A stretch of DNA of 64,000 nucleotides, taken from the IMG/VR virus record IMGVR_UViG_3300045988_125011; one strand, written 5' to 3'. How positions within the stretch are numbered: the stretch's first letter is position 1; each line of letters starts with the position of its first letter. This document shows, one piece after another, positions 54,816 through 64,000 of the stretch. The translations under genes and the position numbers were made by a program. This stretch comes from a virus. The notes beneath the pieces were generated by a model. It made no database searches, was not told where the DNA came from, and was given only the letters and a program-made list of their open reading frames with translations.

Positions 54816-55630
54816 CGAGAGCAGAGTTCAACAATGCTTTGGAGGAGGCTCTTCAGAAAGCGGCGCGAGCACGAGCCTATACGGGTGGAGGATGCGAAAT
54901 TGCGTTGATTGTAACGAGAGACGTTTATAGATTCCTCTCTGAACACGCAGGTGTCACGTTTGATGTTCGCAATACTGACCACGGTATTTATCGTGGGTAC
55001 AGAATTGGCATTGTCAATGAGCAGGGGTACAGCGATATTCTCAAACCGGCTATGCTCGGAATGGAGTATTACAACGGCATGGAGGTAAATGACATTATCG
55101 TTGTCGGCGATGAGAACAGACTGTTCCAGCTTGAGAGCAGAGAACCGATTTGCTTCCGGGACATGGGGTTAACCGTCAGTTTTGGGAATGGTACAAGGGC
55201 AACAGCCAATGTAACCGTAACAAATACCGCTGTTGATGCCATCAATGAGACAAATGCGGCGGAGACGGTAACTGCTGCAGCAGTTAATGCTGCGCGTCCA
55301 GTAGAAATGAACTATAGAGATGGGCAGTTGTTTGTCGATGGGATTCCGATTGACCTCCCGCTTGTAGACCTTGCAATGGAAGACCTCGTAGGAGTAACGA
55401 CACCGGTAACGACACCGCAGCTTGATTGGAATGCCACTGGTCGTGCGACAGTTGGTTGGTTCGGTGATGTTCCGGTCACTGCTACTGAACCCACACGACC
55501 GGTGCGAGCACAGAGAGCGGCACGTCCGAGAGCACCACGGGCAGAAGAACCGCTGAATCCCGGCGATACAAAAATGCTGGATGAGTTCCTTGGCAGTTTT
55601 GCCATTAAAGAAACTCTCCAGCACGCATAA
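54812..55630 (+). CDS. hypothetical protein
   Basis: 272 aa. Confidence 0.5.
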   Translation: MTRAEFNNALEEALQKAARARAYTGGGCEIALIVTRDVYRFLSEHAGVTFDVRNTDHGIYRGYRIGIVNEQGYSDILKPAMLGMEYYNGMEVNDIIVVGDENRLFQLESREPICFRDMGLTVSFGNGTRATANVTVTNTAVDAINETNAAETVTAAAVNAARPVEMNYRDGQLFVDGIPIDLPLVDLAMEDLVGVTTPVTTPQLDWNATGRATVGWFGDVPVTATEPTRPVRAQRAARPRAPRAEEPLNPGDTKMLDEFLGSFAIKETLQHA

Positions 55631-55720
55631 GAAAAGTAAGAGGCTAAACATACTATGTGGAAGAGCCCAGAGTAAAACACTCTGGAGCTCTTTTTTCGTA
55701 GGCAGTAAAGAGGTAGAACA

Positions 55721-56458
55721 ATGCGAAAAATTTTCACTATCTTCTTGCTGGTATCTATGATGTGCGTTTCAATCTGCGGATGCAGTAGCGCATCTGCCAG
55801 ACAAGAAACGCTGTTGACCATTGAGGAGAAAACGGAAGTCGATGCGTTGGAAACCGCTATCACAGCGACAGACGCAAACCAGACAATTGAGGAGCCAGAA
55901 GAGGAGGCAGTGCGCCACACGGAGGGAGTAGACGGCTTCTCTGATGACATTGATTATCTCAGCATAATGAAGCAAAGTTGCTTAAACGGTGATTATGAAG
56001 CGGGCGTGGTTGCAGAGAAAGCCAGAAACAAGAAAATCGATGTGCTCGGCTTAAACGTGACAAAGGTTTTCTTTGAAGACTTGCTTGAGCTATCAAAGAT
56101 TATCACGGCAGAATGTGGCGACAAGCGTTTGCCCTTTGAGTGGAAGCTGGCTGTTGGCGAGGTGGTTATCAACAGAGCTAACTCGCCAGAGTTCCCAGAC
56201 ACAATCAAAGAGGTCATTCACGCAGAGGGACAATATGCTAACGCGAATACAGACTATTTCAAAAACCTGACTCCGTTTGAACCCTGCGTTGAAGCAGCAG
56301 CCCGCCTTTTAAGTGGCGAACGTGTTTTGAATGAACCGTCAGTCGTATTCCAGTCTGGTGGGGTACAAGGTAGCGGCGTTTATCTTGAACTGTACAGCAG
56401 CTATTACGGCTATACCTATTTGTGTTATAGCAGTTACCCAGAACTTTACGGAGGTTAA
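55721..56458 (+). CDS. lipoprotein with a SleB/Hydrolase_2-type cell-wall hydrolase domain
   Basis: Lipoprotein signal MRKIFTIFLLVSMMCVSICGC; VVINRANSPEFPDTIKEVIHAEGQYA hydrolase_2 motif. Confidence 0.55.
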   Translation: MRKIFTIFLLVSMMCVSICGCSSASARQETLLTIEEKTEVDALETAITATDANQTIEEPEEEAVRHTEGVDGFSDDIDYLSIMKQSCLNGDYEAGVVAEKARNKKIDVLGLNVTKVFFEDLLELSKIITAECGDKRLPFEWKLAVGEVVINRANSPEFPDTIKEVIHAEGQYANANTDYFKNLTPFEPCVEAAARLLSGERVLNEPSVVFQSGGVQGSGVYLELYSSYYGYTYLCYSSYPELYGG

Positions 56459-56465
56459 GTAACGA

Positions 56466-57140
56466 ATGGGAAAAGTAATTGTTCAAGATTATACATACAA
56501 AAAGCCAATCACGATGATTGGTGTAGAGGCTGGTATCTGCTGGGGAGCAAATACCAGTAATGATGAGAAGAATTATCTCAGAGGCATTGACTGTCTTGAG
56601 AGCGGACATGGGAGAACATTTGAGTTCCCTGATGTGTATTTGACTCTTGAAGGGTATTCGGCACGGGTCACCCGTGAGTGGTACACCCATATCGGCGGTC
56701 TGCCCACACGCCTTCAGGCGAGTACGCGATATATCGACTATGAACATGGTTTTGGATATGTTACGCCGCCAAGCATCGAAGGTAATCCAGAAGCGAAAGA
56801 AGTCTATGAAGATTTGATGGAACATATCAAATCATACTTAGAGAGCCTCGACACTATTGGTGTTCCTCGTGAGGACTCAGCATTAGGGCTTCCGCTTGGC
56901 ATGGAGACGAAAATTGTGTGTAAGCACAATATGCGTAACCTGATGGATATGTCGCATCAGAGAATGTGCAATCGAGCCTACCATGAATACAGGGGGCTAT
57001 TCAACGATGTATGCGATGCTTTGGGGAACTATTCGGAGGAATGGAAATACATTGTAGACCACTACTTCATGCCCAAATGCAAGCTCATGGGTTTTTGCTC
57101 AGAGAAAAAGACCTGCGGTATGATGCCGCGCAAACAATGA
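56466..57140 (+). CDS. thyX: flavin-dependent thymidylate synthase ThyX
   Basis: ARVTREWYTHIGGLPTRLQASTRY resembles the ThyX RHR-x7-S-x-RY signature; 224 aa. Confidence 0.6.
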   Translation: MGKVIVQDYTYKKPITMIGVEAGICWGANTSNDEKNYLRGIDCLESGHGRTFEFPDVYLTLEGYSARVTREWYTHIGGLPTRLQASTRYIDYEHGFGYVTPPSIEGNPEAKEVYEDLMEHIKSYLESLDTIGVPREDSALGLPLGMETKIVCKHNMRNLMDMSHQRMCNRAYHEYRGLFNDVCDALGNYSEEWKYIVDHYFMPKCKLMGFCSEKKTCGMMPRKQ

Positions 57141-57170
57141 ATGGGGCGCTTTCAGTTGCCGTTGTGATTC

Positions 57171-57647
57171 TTGCGGCTGTATTGCTATTCGGCAATGACG
57201 ACAACCGACCAAGACCTGCTTGAATTTGGAGGTCTTATGAAAAGCAAGATACTGAACCCCAAACGTATGAAACAACTCATCGACTTCAAAGGGCTTGAAC
57301 TTGATAACGGGATATACCCTACGGATATCGATGGGCTAATTGAGTATCACGACTCAGAATACATACTCCTCGAAGTAAAACACAAGGATGCAAGAGTACC
57401 ATACGGGCAACGACTTGCTATCCAAAGAATGGTCGATGATTTTACAAAGGCTGGTAAGAAGGCAGTTGCAATTGTTTGTGAACACAAAGTGGATAATACA
57501 GACAAGCCTGTGGTTGCGGCATTTTGCAAGGTCAGAGAGCTGTACTACGGCGGCGAACACAAGTGGCGACCGCCAGATTCGCCAATGAATGTTCGACAAG
57601 CCATAGATAAATTCCGAAAGTATGCGAAGCAACACAAAGGAGGTTGA
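57171..57647 (+). CDS. hypothetical protein with a possible PD-(D/E)xK nuclease motif
   Basis: DIDGLIEYHDSEYILLEVKHK (D...E-V-K); the start may instead be ATG 57238. Confidence 0.35.
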   Translation: MRLYCYSAMTTTDQDLLEFGGLMKSKILNPKRMKQLIDFKGLELDNGIYPTDIDGLIEYHDSEYILLEVKHKDARVPYGQRLAIQRMVDDFTKAGKKAVAIVCEHKVDNTDKPVVAAFCKVRELYYGGEHKWRPPDSPMNVRQAIDKFRKYAKQHKGG

Positions 57648-57650
57648 CAG

Positions 57651-58208
57651 GTGAAAGTCATTACGATTTCTGGTAAAGCGCAAAACGGTAAAGACACCAC
57701 TGCTGGATTGCTTAAAGCGGCTTTAGAAGCAGACGGATATAAAGTTTTGATTACCCATTACGCAGACCTGCTCAAATATATTTGCAAGCAGTTCTTTGGA
57801 TGGGACGGACAGAAAGATGATGCTGGTCGGCATATTCTTCAATATGTCGGAACAGACATCATTCGGCAGAAACGCCCTGACTATTGGGTAGGGTTTGTTA
57901 CATCAATTTTGGAGCTATTCCCAAATGAGTGGGACTATGTGCTGATTCCTGATTGCCGATTCCCAAATGAGATTGATTATCTCAAAGAAGCTGGATTGGA
58001 CACAGTTAATTTGCGTGTTGTCAGAAAAAACTTTAAGAGTCCTCTCACCCCAGAGCAGCAAGCACACCCTTCTGAGACAGCGCTCGACGATGTTGAGCCA
58101 GATTATTACATAACGAATAACGGGTCAATGACTGACCTGAAAAGAAATGTCATCGATTGGTTGGTCGAATACCTTGGTTCTCACCAAATGACGATTGATG
58201 AACTGTAA
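57651..58208 (+). CDS. P-loop deoxynucleoside monophosphate kinase-like protein
   Basis: Walker A ISGKAQNGKDT at the N-terminus; GTG start. Confidence 0.5.
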   Translation: MKVITISGKAQNGKDTTAGLLKAALEADGYKVLITHYADLLKYICKQFFGWDGQKDDAGRHILQYVGTDIIRQKRPDYWVGFVTSILELFPNEWDYVLIPDCRFPNEIDYLKEAGLDTVNLRVVRKNFKSPLTPEQQAHPSETALDDVEPDYYITNNGSMTDLKRNVIDWLVEYLGSHQMTIDEL

Positions 58209-58217
58209 GGAGGCTAA

Positions 58218-59003
58218 ATGAAGCATCTGACAATCTTGGTTGACATGGATGACACGATTGAGTCACTGGCGAGTGCTTGGGTTGATTACTTAAATGCACG
58301 ACACGGGACGACTACAAAGCTGACAGACATCACCGGTTGGGATATTTCTAAAGCATTCCCGACGCTCACGAATGAACAGGTGTACGCACCACTGTTCGAG
58401 GATGATTTCTGGGATTGTGTTAAACCAATTGATGGTGCATCAGAAACTTTGCAAAAGCTTATTGCGGATGGGCATAAGGTCTTGATTGTAACCACATCGA
58501 ACTACCATACGCTCGCATCAAAAATGGAACGGGTGTTATTCAAATACTTCCCGTTCCTAACGTGGAACGATGTCATTATCACTTCCCACAAGCAGCTTGT
58601 GAATGGTGATGTTCTCATCGATGATGGTACGCACAATCTTGAGGGTGGGAACTATTTCAAAATCCTTATGACTGCGCAACACAATAAAAAATATGATGCA
58701 GAAGCCAATGGGATGCTCCGTGTAGAAACATGGGCTGAGGTTTATTCAGCAATTACGCTTCTTGCAGAGGAAGACGACCTTAAAGGTTGGAAGGAGGTGC
58801 CAATGGCAATTACTTTGTACTCAACAGGATGTCCAAAGTGCAAGGTTCTGAAAAAGAAGCTGGAAGAAAAGGGTATCAAGTACACAGAGAACAATTCTGT
58901 GGATGAGATGCTGTCACTTGGAATCAGTCAGGTGCCCGTTCTTAGTGTGAACAATAAATTACTTGACTTCTCGACAGCAAATGACTGGGTGAACCAACAA
59001 TAA
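58218..59003 (+). CDS. HAD-family 5'(3')-deoxyribonucleotidase fused to a C-terminal NrdH/glutaredoxin-like domain
   Basis: ILVDMDDTI (DxDxT) N-terminus; C-terminal ITLYSTGCPKCKVLKKKLEEKGIKYTE CxxC redoxin motif. Confidence 0.6.
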   Translation: MKHLTILVDMDDTIESLASAWVDYLNARHGTTTKLTDITGWDISKAFPTLTNEQVYAPLFEDDFWDCVKPIDGASETLQKLIADGHKVLIVTTSNYHTLASKMERVLFKYFPFLTWNDVIITSHKQLVNGDVLIDDGTHNLEGGNYFKILMTAQHNKKYDAEANGMLRVETWAEVYSAITLLAEEDDLKGWKEVPMAITLYSTGCPKCKVLKKKLEEKGIKYTENNSVDEMLSLGISQVPVLSVNNKLLDFSTANDWVNQQ

Positions 59004-59021
59004 GCGAAGGGAGATTAAGCA

Positions 59022-60938
59022 ATGAACATTCCACTCAAAATGAACAGGGACTTTGAAAAGGCTATGACCACACTCAATGAGCGCTATGGCGAAGATTTCG
59101 AGTACCTGAACGGTTTCCACGAAACGCAACTGAACTTTTCGGATTTCATCGATGGATTTATTGACAAGAATGTCGCCGACGTGACCATCGATGCCAATGC
59201 GAACGCATCCAACAAGGATATTCGCAGTCTTTTGAATGAAAAGGGTAAATCTCACGATAAGCTGTTCGCTTTCAACAAGATTTTCTATGAGATGAAGAAG
59301 CGTTACAACCTGAAAACAGCCCGTGAATGGCTTGAAACAGAGTATAACGGCGGGTTTTATCTGCATGATGCGTCTACTTCTACATATCTGCCGTACTGCT
59401 ATGCCTATGACCTGACCAGACTGGCAACCGAGGGTCTTTTCTTCCTCAAAAACTACAATAATCAGGCTCCAAAGCACCTCACAACGTTCATGGATGACGT
59501 AATTGAGTATATCAGCTACATGAGCAATCGTAGTTCCGGTGCTGTAGGCATCCCCAACGTCCTTATCTGGACGTATTACTTCTGGAGAAAGGACTGTGAG
59601 AGTGGTCACTTCATTAAGAACCCAGAATACTACATCAAGCAGTGCTTCCAGAAGTTTATCTACCGCCTGAACCAGCCGTTTATGCGCATCGACCAGACTG
59701 CTTTTGTTAATGTGTCAATTTTTGACCGGAATTACATTGAGGCGTTGTTCGGCGGCGTGCAATATCCTGACGGAACATATGTGATTGACTGTGTTGAAGA
59801 GCTGATTGAGCATCAAAAGCTCTTTATGGAGGTCGTTTCGCAAATCAGAAGCGAGAATATGTTTACGTTCCCAGTGCTGACATACAGTTTGCTTTACCGT
59901 GACGGCAAATTCGTCGATGAAGAGTTCGCCAGATGGTGTTCCGACCACAATGTGACATGGAATGACAGCAACTTTTTCATCAGCGGCGATGTAAACACGC
60001 TGAGTAACTGCTGCCGACTGCTGTCTGATACTTCAAAACTCAACGCATTCATCAATTCGATTGGCGGCACAGCACTCTCCATCGGTTCTGTGAAGGTCAA
60101 CACAATCAACCTTATGCGGATTGCGTTGGAAACTGAGTGCGACGAGAAAAAGTATCTTGCTCTGCTCAAAAAGCGTGCGTTGCTGTGTTGTAAGACACTC
60201 GATACTGTACGCCATATCATCCAGAGAAACGTTGAGAAGGGGTTACTCCCCAACTATCAGGATGGCGCGGTCGAGATGGACAAGCAATACTGCACAATGG
60301 GCATCCTTGGTCTGTATGAAGTCATCGAGGCGTTTGGTTACACCAAGACGGATGAGTTTGGTTACATCAGTTACACCGATGAAGGCATCGCTTTTGCAAG
60401 CAAAATCTTTGAGGTACTGAATGAGGTCAAGGACAACTTCACCGATGCTTACTCTTTCAACATCGAGAGTGTTCCTGCAGAGCGTGCGGCAGTTATCCTG
60501 TGCCAGAAAGACAACGTTCTGTACGACCACAATGACAAGTTCATCTACTCAAACCAGTGGATTCCGCTGTCTGCAAAATGCACCATTCAGGAGAAGCTCC
60601 GCCTCAGCTCAATCCTTGATGAGAAGTGTTCTGGCGGTAGCATTGCGCACATCAATTTGGAATCCAACTTCCCGAATACGGAAACAGCGTGGAAGATGCT
60701 GAACAAGATTGCTCAGGCTGGCGTGATTTACTTTGCGTTCAACACCCGTATCAACGAGTGCAAGAACCATCACGGCTTTGTTGGCACTGACCATTGCCCA
60801 GTATGCGGTGAGCCTGTCTTTGATACATACCAGCGCATTGTTGGGTATCTCGTCCCATCAAGGGCTTACTCCAAAGACCGTTTCCGTGAGTTTAACACAA
60901 GACAGTGGTACAGCTATGCGGAGGCTATGAGCGAATGA
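59022..60938 (+). CDS. nrdD: anaerobic ribonucleoside-triphosphate reductase NrdD (class III)
   Basis: 638 aa; C-terminal zinc ribbon CPVCGEPV and glycyl-radical-type RIVGYL motif. Confidence 0.8.
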   Translation: MNIPLKMNRDFEKAMTTLNERYGEDFEYLNGFHETQLNFSDFIDGFIDKNVADVTIDANANASNKDIRSLLNEKGKSHDKLFAFNKIFYEMKKRYNLKTAREWLETEYNGGFYLHDASTSTYLPYCYAYDLTRLATEGLFFLKNYNNQAPKHLTTFMDDVIEYISYMSNRSSGAVGIPNVLIWTYYFWRKDCESGHFIKNPEYYIKQCFQKFIYRLNQPFMRIDQTAFVNVSIFDRNYIEALFGGVQYPDGTYVIDCVEELIEHQKLFMEVVSQIRSENMFTFPVLTYSLLYRDGKFVDEEFARWCSDHNVTWNDSNFFISGDVNTLSNCCRLLSDTSKLNAFINSIGGTALSIGSVKVNTINLMRIALETECDEKKYLALLKKRALLCCKTLDTVRHIIQRNVEKGLLPNYQDGAVEMDKQYCTMGILGLYEVIEAFGYTKTDEFGYISYTDEGIAFASKIFEVLNEVKDNFTDAYSFNIESVPAERAAVILCQKDNVLYDHNDKFIYSNQWIPLSAKCTIQEKLRLSSILDEKCSGGSIAHINLESNFPNTETAWKMLNKIAQAGVIYFAFNTRINECKNHHGFVGTDHCPVCGEPVFDTYQRIVGYLVPSRAYSKDRFREFNTRQWYSYAEAMSE

Positions 60939-61423
60939 GAGTAAAGACAATTGTGGATGAAGACTTCACTAATTATAAAAAGCCAGCGATGTTCATTGGA
61001 ACGATTTCTTGTGGCGGTAAATGCTGTATTGAAGCAGGTATCCCGTTGTCGGTCTGTCAAAATGATGGGTGGCGTGCAAGCGCCCCCATCAGTATTGACG
61101 ACGAACAACTGTGCCTCCGGTATCTAAATAATCCGCTTACGGAATCAATCGTGTTTGGTGGGCTTGAACCGCTTGAACAATTTGATGAGTTGTGTTCGTT
61201 TCTTGAGGTTCTTCGCGGTCAATTCCAGTGCAAAGACGACGTTGTCATTTATACTGGTTACTACTTTGAAGAAGTCCCTGAATGGATTCAACAGCTTGCC
61301 ACTTATGGAAATGTGATTGTAAAGTTCGGACGATACATCCCAAACCAAAAGCACATATTTGATGAAGTGCTTGGCGTCGAACTCGCTTCTGATAATCAAT
61401 ACGCAGAGCGGTTCGACAGTTAA
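60935..61423 (+). CDS. nrdG: NrdG-like anaerobic RNR activating protein with an atypical Cys motif
   Basis: ATG overlaps the nrdD stop (ATGA); ISCGGKCC (CxxxCC rather than CxxxCxxC); FGGLEP SAM-motif analogue. Confidence 0.55.
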   Translation: MRVKTIVDEDFTNYKKPAMFIGTISCGGKCCIEAGIPLSVCQNDGWRASAPISIDDEQLCLRYLNNPLTESIVFGGLEPLEQFDELCSFLEVLRGQFQCKDDVVIYTGYYFEEVPEWIQQLATYGNVIVKFGRYIPNQKHIFDEVLGVELASDNQYAERFDS

Positions 61424-61428
61424 ACATA

Positions 61429-61626
61429 TTGGAGAAGACATCAATGAAAATCAACATCAATCCAGACAAAGAGTTCGTTAACGATATGCGCAAAGCATTG
61501 AAAGACAATAATGGCTTCTGCCCATGTTCCCTCGAAAAGAACGAGGATACAAAGTGTATGTGTAAGGAATTCAGAGAGATGGCAAGTGGAACCTGCCACT
61601 GCGGCCTCTATACAAAAACAGAGTAA
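61429..61626 (+). CDS. small Cys-rich protein resembling the ferredoxin-thioredoxin reductase catalytic subunit pattern
   Basis: CPC-x14-CMC-x11-CHC spacing. Confidence 0.35.
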   Translation: MEKTSMKININPDKEFVNDMRKALKDNNGFCPCSLEKNEDTKCMCKEFREMASGTCHCGLYTKTE

Positions 61627-61654
61627 AACGTCCAAACGAAAATAAGGAGGACAT

Positions 61655-61840
61655 ATGATTAAACGCACAATCAAAGAAACTGTCCGCGAGTACGATGCGG
61701 ACGGAAAAGTCGTGAGAGAAACGGTCACTGAAACGACCGAGGATGACGACACCATGTATTTTCCACCATTCCAAACCTACCAAGAAACAGTTAAGCCTTG
61801 GTGGGGTGAGCCGTCTTGTACTTGCAAAACAAATAGCTGA
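61655..61840 (+). CDS. hypothetical small protein
   Basis: 61 aa with RBS aaggaggacatATG. Confidence 0.35.
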   Translation: MIKRTIKETVREYDADGKVVRETVTETTEDDDTMYFPPFQTYQETVKPWWGEPSCTCKTNS

Positions 61841-61850
61841 GGAGGACACA

Positions 61851-62387
61851 ATGCAGAGAGTTGGAGAATTTGAAAAGGTCAGCTTTGAACAGTTCCGTGA
61901 CGCGATGAAAGATGAATTCTATAGGGGGCAGGAATTGCCGCCTGCCATCGAAGATGACCTTAGAAAGATGTGGGAGGAAATTGCACTCCCCAGCAGAGCA
62001 ACGACTGGCTCCGCCGGTTATGACTTTAAGGCACCATTTACATTTGAGATGCGCCCCGGCGAAACAATGAAGATTCCCACCGGTATCAGAGTGAAGATTG
62101 ACGAGGGCTGGTGGCTCGGTTGCCTGCCGCGTAGTGGTCTGGGCTTCAAGTTCCGTATGCAGTTTGACAATACGATGGGCGTTATCGACAGCGATTATTA
62201 CTTCTCCGACAACGAGGGGCACATCTTCGCCAAGATTACAAACGACAGCAAGAGTCAAAAGATTGTGCACGTTGAAGCCGGTAACGGCTTTATGCAGGCA
62301 ATCTTCATTCCGTATGGGATTACATACTCCGATGATGCAACCGGCGTCAGAAACGGCGGTATGGGCTCCACGGACAGCAAGGCGTAA
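61851..62387 (+). CDS. dut: dUTP diphosphatase
   Basis: GSAGYD, RSGLGFKF, GVIDSDYYFSDNEGH and GFMQAIFIP dUTPase motifs; start set at ATG 61851 (RBS gaggaggacacaATG). Confidence 0.75.
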   Translation: MQRVGEFEKVSFEQFRDAMKDEFYRGQELPPAIEDDLRKMWEEIALPSRATTGSAGYDFKAPFTFEMRPGETMKIPTGIRVKIDEGWWLGCLPRSGLGFKFRMQFDNTMGVIDSDYYFSDNEGHIFAKITNDSKSQKIVHVEAGNGFMQAIFIPYGITYSDDATGVRNGGMGSTDSKA

Positions 62388-62399
62388 GAGGAACCACAC

Positions 62400-62573
62400 A
62401 TGAAAGACTCATCTTCGAAAGGTCTTGGATTGTGCGATGTACTCGCCGTAGTTTTTATCGTTCTAAAACTGATTGGCGTGATTGACTGGAGCTGGTGGTG
62501 GGTACTTGCGCCTGTCTGGATTCCGGTTATTATCGTAGTCATTGCTTACATAGTAATCAGCATCGTTGATTAG
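62400..62573 (+). CDS. small hydrophobic (two-TM) protein, 57 aa
   Basis: MKDSSSKGLGLCDVLAVVFIVLKLIGVIDWSWWWVLAPVWIPVIIVVIAYIVISIVD; below the ORF-track cutoff. Confidence 0.35.
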   Translation: MKDSSSKGLGLCDVLAVVFIVLKLIGVIDWSWWWVLAPVWIPVIIVVIAYIVISIVD

Positions 62574-62600
62574 GTTCCTTATTACTCAAGAGGTAGACAT

Positions 62601-62636
62601 GGGGCTGGCTTTACTGCCAGCCCTTTCTTTTTTTTA
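62601..62636 (+). terminator. Rho-independent terminator (ggctggc-tttact-gccagcc followed by a T-rich run)
   Basis: Hairpin plus a T-rich run of about 10 nt. Confidence 0.65.
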
Positions 62637-62663
62637 CATACGCGCAGCGCACGAGGAGGCGAG

Positions 62664-62870
62664 ATTATTAACACCCTGCAAATCCCATTTTGGGAAAGGT
62701 ACACACTGACAATTCAGGAGGCATCACAATACTTCCGCATCGGAGAAACTAAGCTGCGTAAGATTGTCAGCGAAAACAAAGACGCTGATTTTGTTCTTTG
62801 GAATGGCACACGCCCACAGATTAAACGTACAAAATTCGAGCGATTTGTTGACCAACTCAACCTTATATGA
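62664..62870 (+). CDS. xis: excisionase/Xis-like HTH DNA-binding protein with no ATG start (candidate ATT 62664, CTG 62676 or CTG 62706)
   Basis: Translation ...[40 protein letters not shown] resembles excisionase-family HTH domains; open frame 62574-62870 with RBS-like gaggagg and gggaaagg. Confidence 0.4.
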   Translation: MINTLQIPFWERYTLTIQEASQYFRIGETKLRKIVSENKDADFVLWNGTRPQIKRTKFERFVDQLNLI

Positions 62871-62951
62871 CATCTAACTTGAAAGTGAATCCAGACTATG
62901 GTATATTGAGAATGCCATGTTGATATTCATTTTCAGACAAAAGGAGTAGCC

Positions 62952-64000
62952 ATGCCTGAAAAAAGAAAAGACAACAAAGGCAGAGTTCTGAGAGAGGGTG
63001 AGGTGCAGAGAAGCGACGGGAAGTATATGTACCGCTATACTGATTCTGGTGGAGTACGCCGAGCGATTTATAGCTGGAAGCTTGTAGAGTCAGATAAAGC
63101 GCCTGATGGTAAGCGTAGCACAGAACCATTAAGGACTCAGATAAAACGAATCCAAAGGGATATTGATGACGGCATCAGCTCCCATACGGCGTACAGGATG
63201 ACGCTGAACAGCTTTTATGACGCCTACATTGAAACTAAGTACGAGCTTAAAGCATCTACAAGAACCAACTATAAGTATATGTACAGGAAGTATGTACAGG
63301 ACGAAATAGGCGCGAAGAACATTGCCGACATCAAGTATAGCGATATCAAGCGGTTCTACATCCACCTCATTAAAGATATTGGATTTAAGCCGAACAGTAT
63401 GGAGATAATTCATACGATTCTTCATCCGGTCTTTAATGTAGCAGTGAGGGATGGGTTCATAAGAACAAATCCTACCGACGGTGTGATTGCAGAAATCAAG
63501 AAGAGCCATAACTGGGAGAAACCAAAGCGTCATGCGTTGACAGAGACACAGCAAAATAGGTTCCTCGATTTTGTTTCCAGTTCGAAAACGTACAAACACT
63601 GGATGCCGCTGTTTACGGTCATGCTTGGGACAGGCGCACGCATAGGAGAAATCCTCGGATTGAGATGGGAAGATTGCGACTTCACGCAGAATATTATTGA
63701 CATTAACCATAATTTGATATATCGTCAACAAGAAAGCGGGAAGATGGAGCTCCACATCACCACTCCGAAGACACGGGCTGGCACGCGAATCATTCCAATG
63801 TTTTCTGACGTGCGAGCAGCTTTGCTCCAGATTCGATTGAAACATATGGAGGAAGGCTTCAACGAGTGCGAGGTTGATGGATACACGAACTTCATTTTTA
63901 AGAACCGGTTCGGAGAGATGCTAAATCCACACGTCATCAATAGAGCGCTTGAGAGAATTATTCGTGACTGCAATGCCGAGGAAACAGAGCGTGCAGAACA
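62952..64000 (+). CDS. int: tyrosine integrase (phage integrase family), truncated at the 3' end by the window edge
   Basis: RBS aaggagtagccATG; LFTVMLGTGARIGEILGLRWEDCDF conserved Arg box; no stop before position 64000. Confidence 0.8.
   Translation, partial: MPEKRKDNKGRVLREGEVQRSDGKYMYRYTDSGGVRRAIYSWKLVESDKAPDGKRSTEPLRTQIKRIQRDIDDGISSHTAYRMTLNSFYDAYIETKYELKASTRTNYKYMYRKYVQDEIGAKNIADIKYSDIKRFYIHLIKDIGFKPNSMEIIHTILHPVFNVAVRDGFIRTNPTDGVIAEIKKSHNWEKPKRHALTETQQNRFLDFVSSSKTYKHWMPLFTVMLGTGARIGEILGLRWEDCDFTQNIIDINHNLIYRQQESGKMELHITTPKTRAGTRIIPMFSDVRAALLQIRLKHMEEGFNECEVDGYTNFIFKNRFGEMLNPHVINRALERIIRDCNAEETERAE

Overview
This window looks like a 64-kb stretch of a temperate phage or prophage from a Firmicutes-type host, with a large accessory-gene load. 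Genes run almost entirely on the + strand. A tyrosine integrase begins at the 3' edge, and the single long minus-strand gene is a CI/LexA-like repressor with operator repeats. Recognisable modules, in order: a radical-SAM/HU block; 12 canonical tRNA genes plus at least three aberrant tRNA-like elements; a beta-grasp/E1-like/JAB trio; two proteins with C-type-lectin-like C-termini; a reverse transcriptase gene with a ~0.4 kb upstream and ~0.6 kb downstream structured non-coding region, copies of a covarying hairpin motif lying in both; metallophosphoesterases; a putative ADP-ribosyltransferase-like protein followed by a hyper-acidic protein; a NAD-salvage/reconstitution cluster (isochorismatase-type hydrolase, Prs-like kinase, truncated NAMPT-like); two RNA ligases (RtcB and an Rnl-type); NADAR; an HNH-AP2 endonuclease; a serine recombinase; a tRNA-end repair block (Thg1-like, phosphoesterase, cysteine desulfurase, pol-beta nucleotidyltransferase, CCA-adding enzyme); the lysogeny switch; a replication module (MazF-like, HD, Erf, SSB, nuclease, DnaB, primase, Pol III alpha); and a nucleotide-metabolism block (ThyX, dNMP kinase, HAD-nucleotidase/glutaredoxin fusion, NrdD/NrdG, FTR-like, dUTPase). 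All calls come from reading motifs in the translated ORFs and the DNA by eye; no database searches were run.
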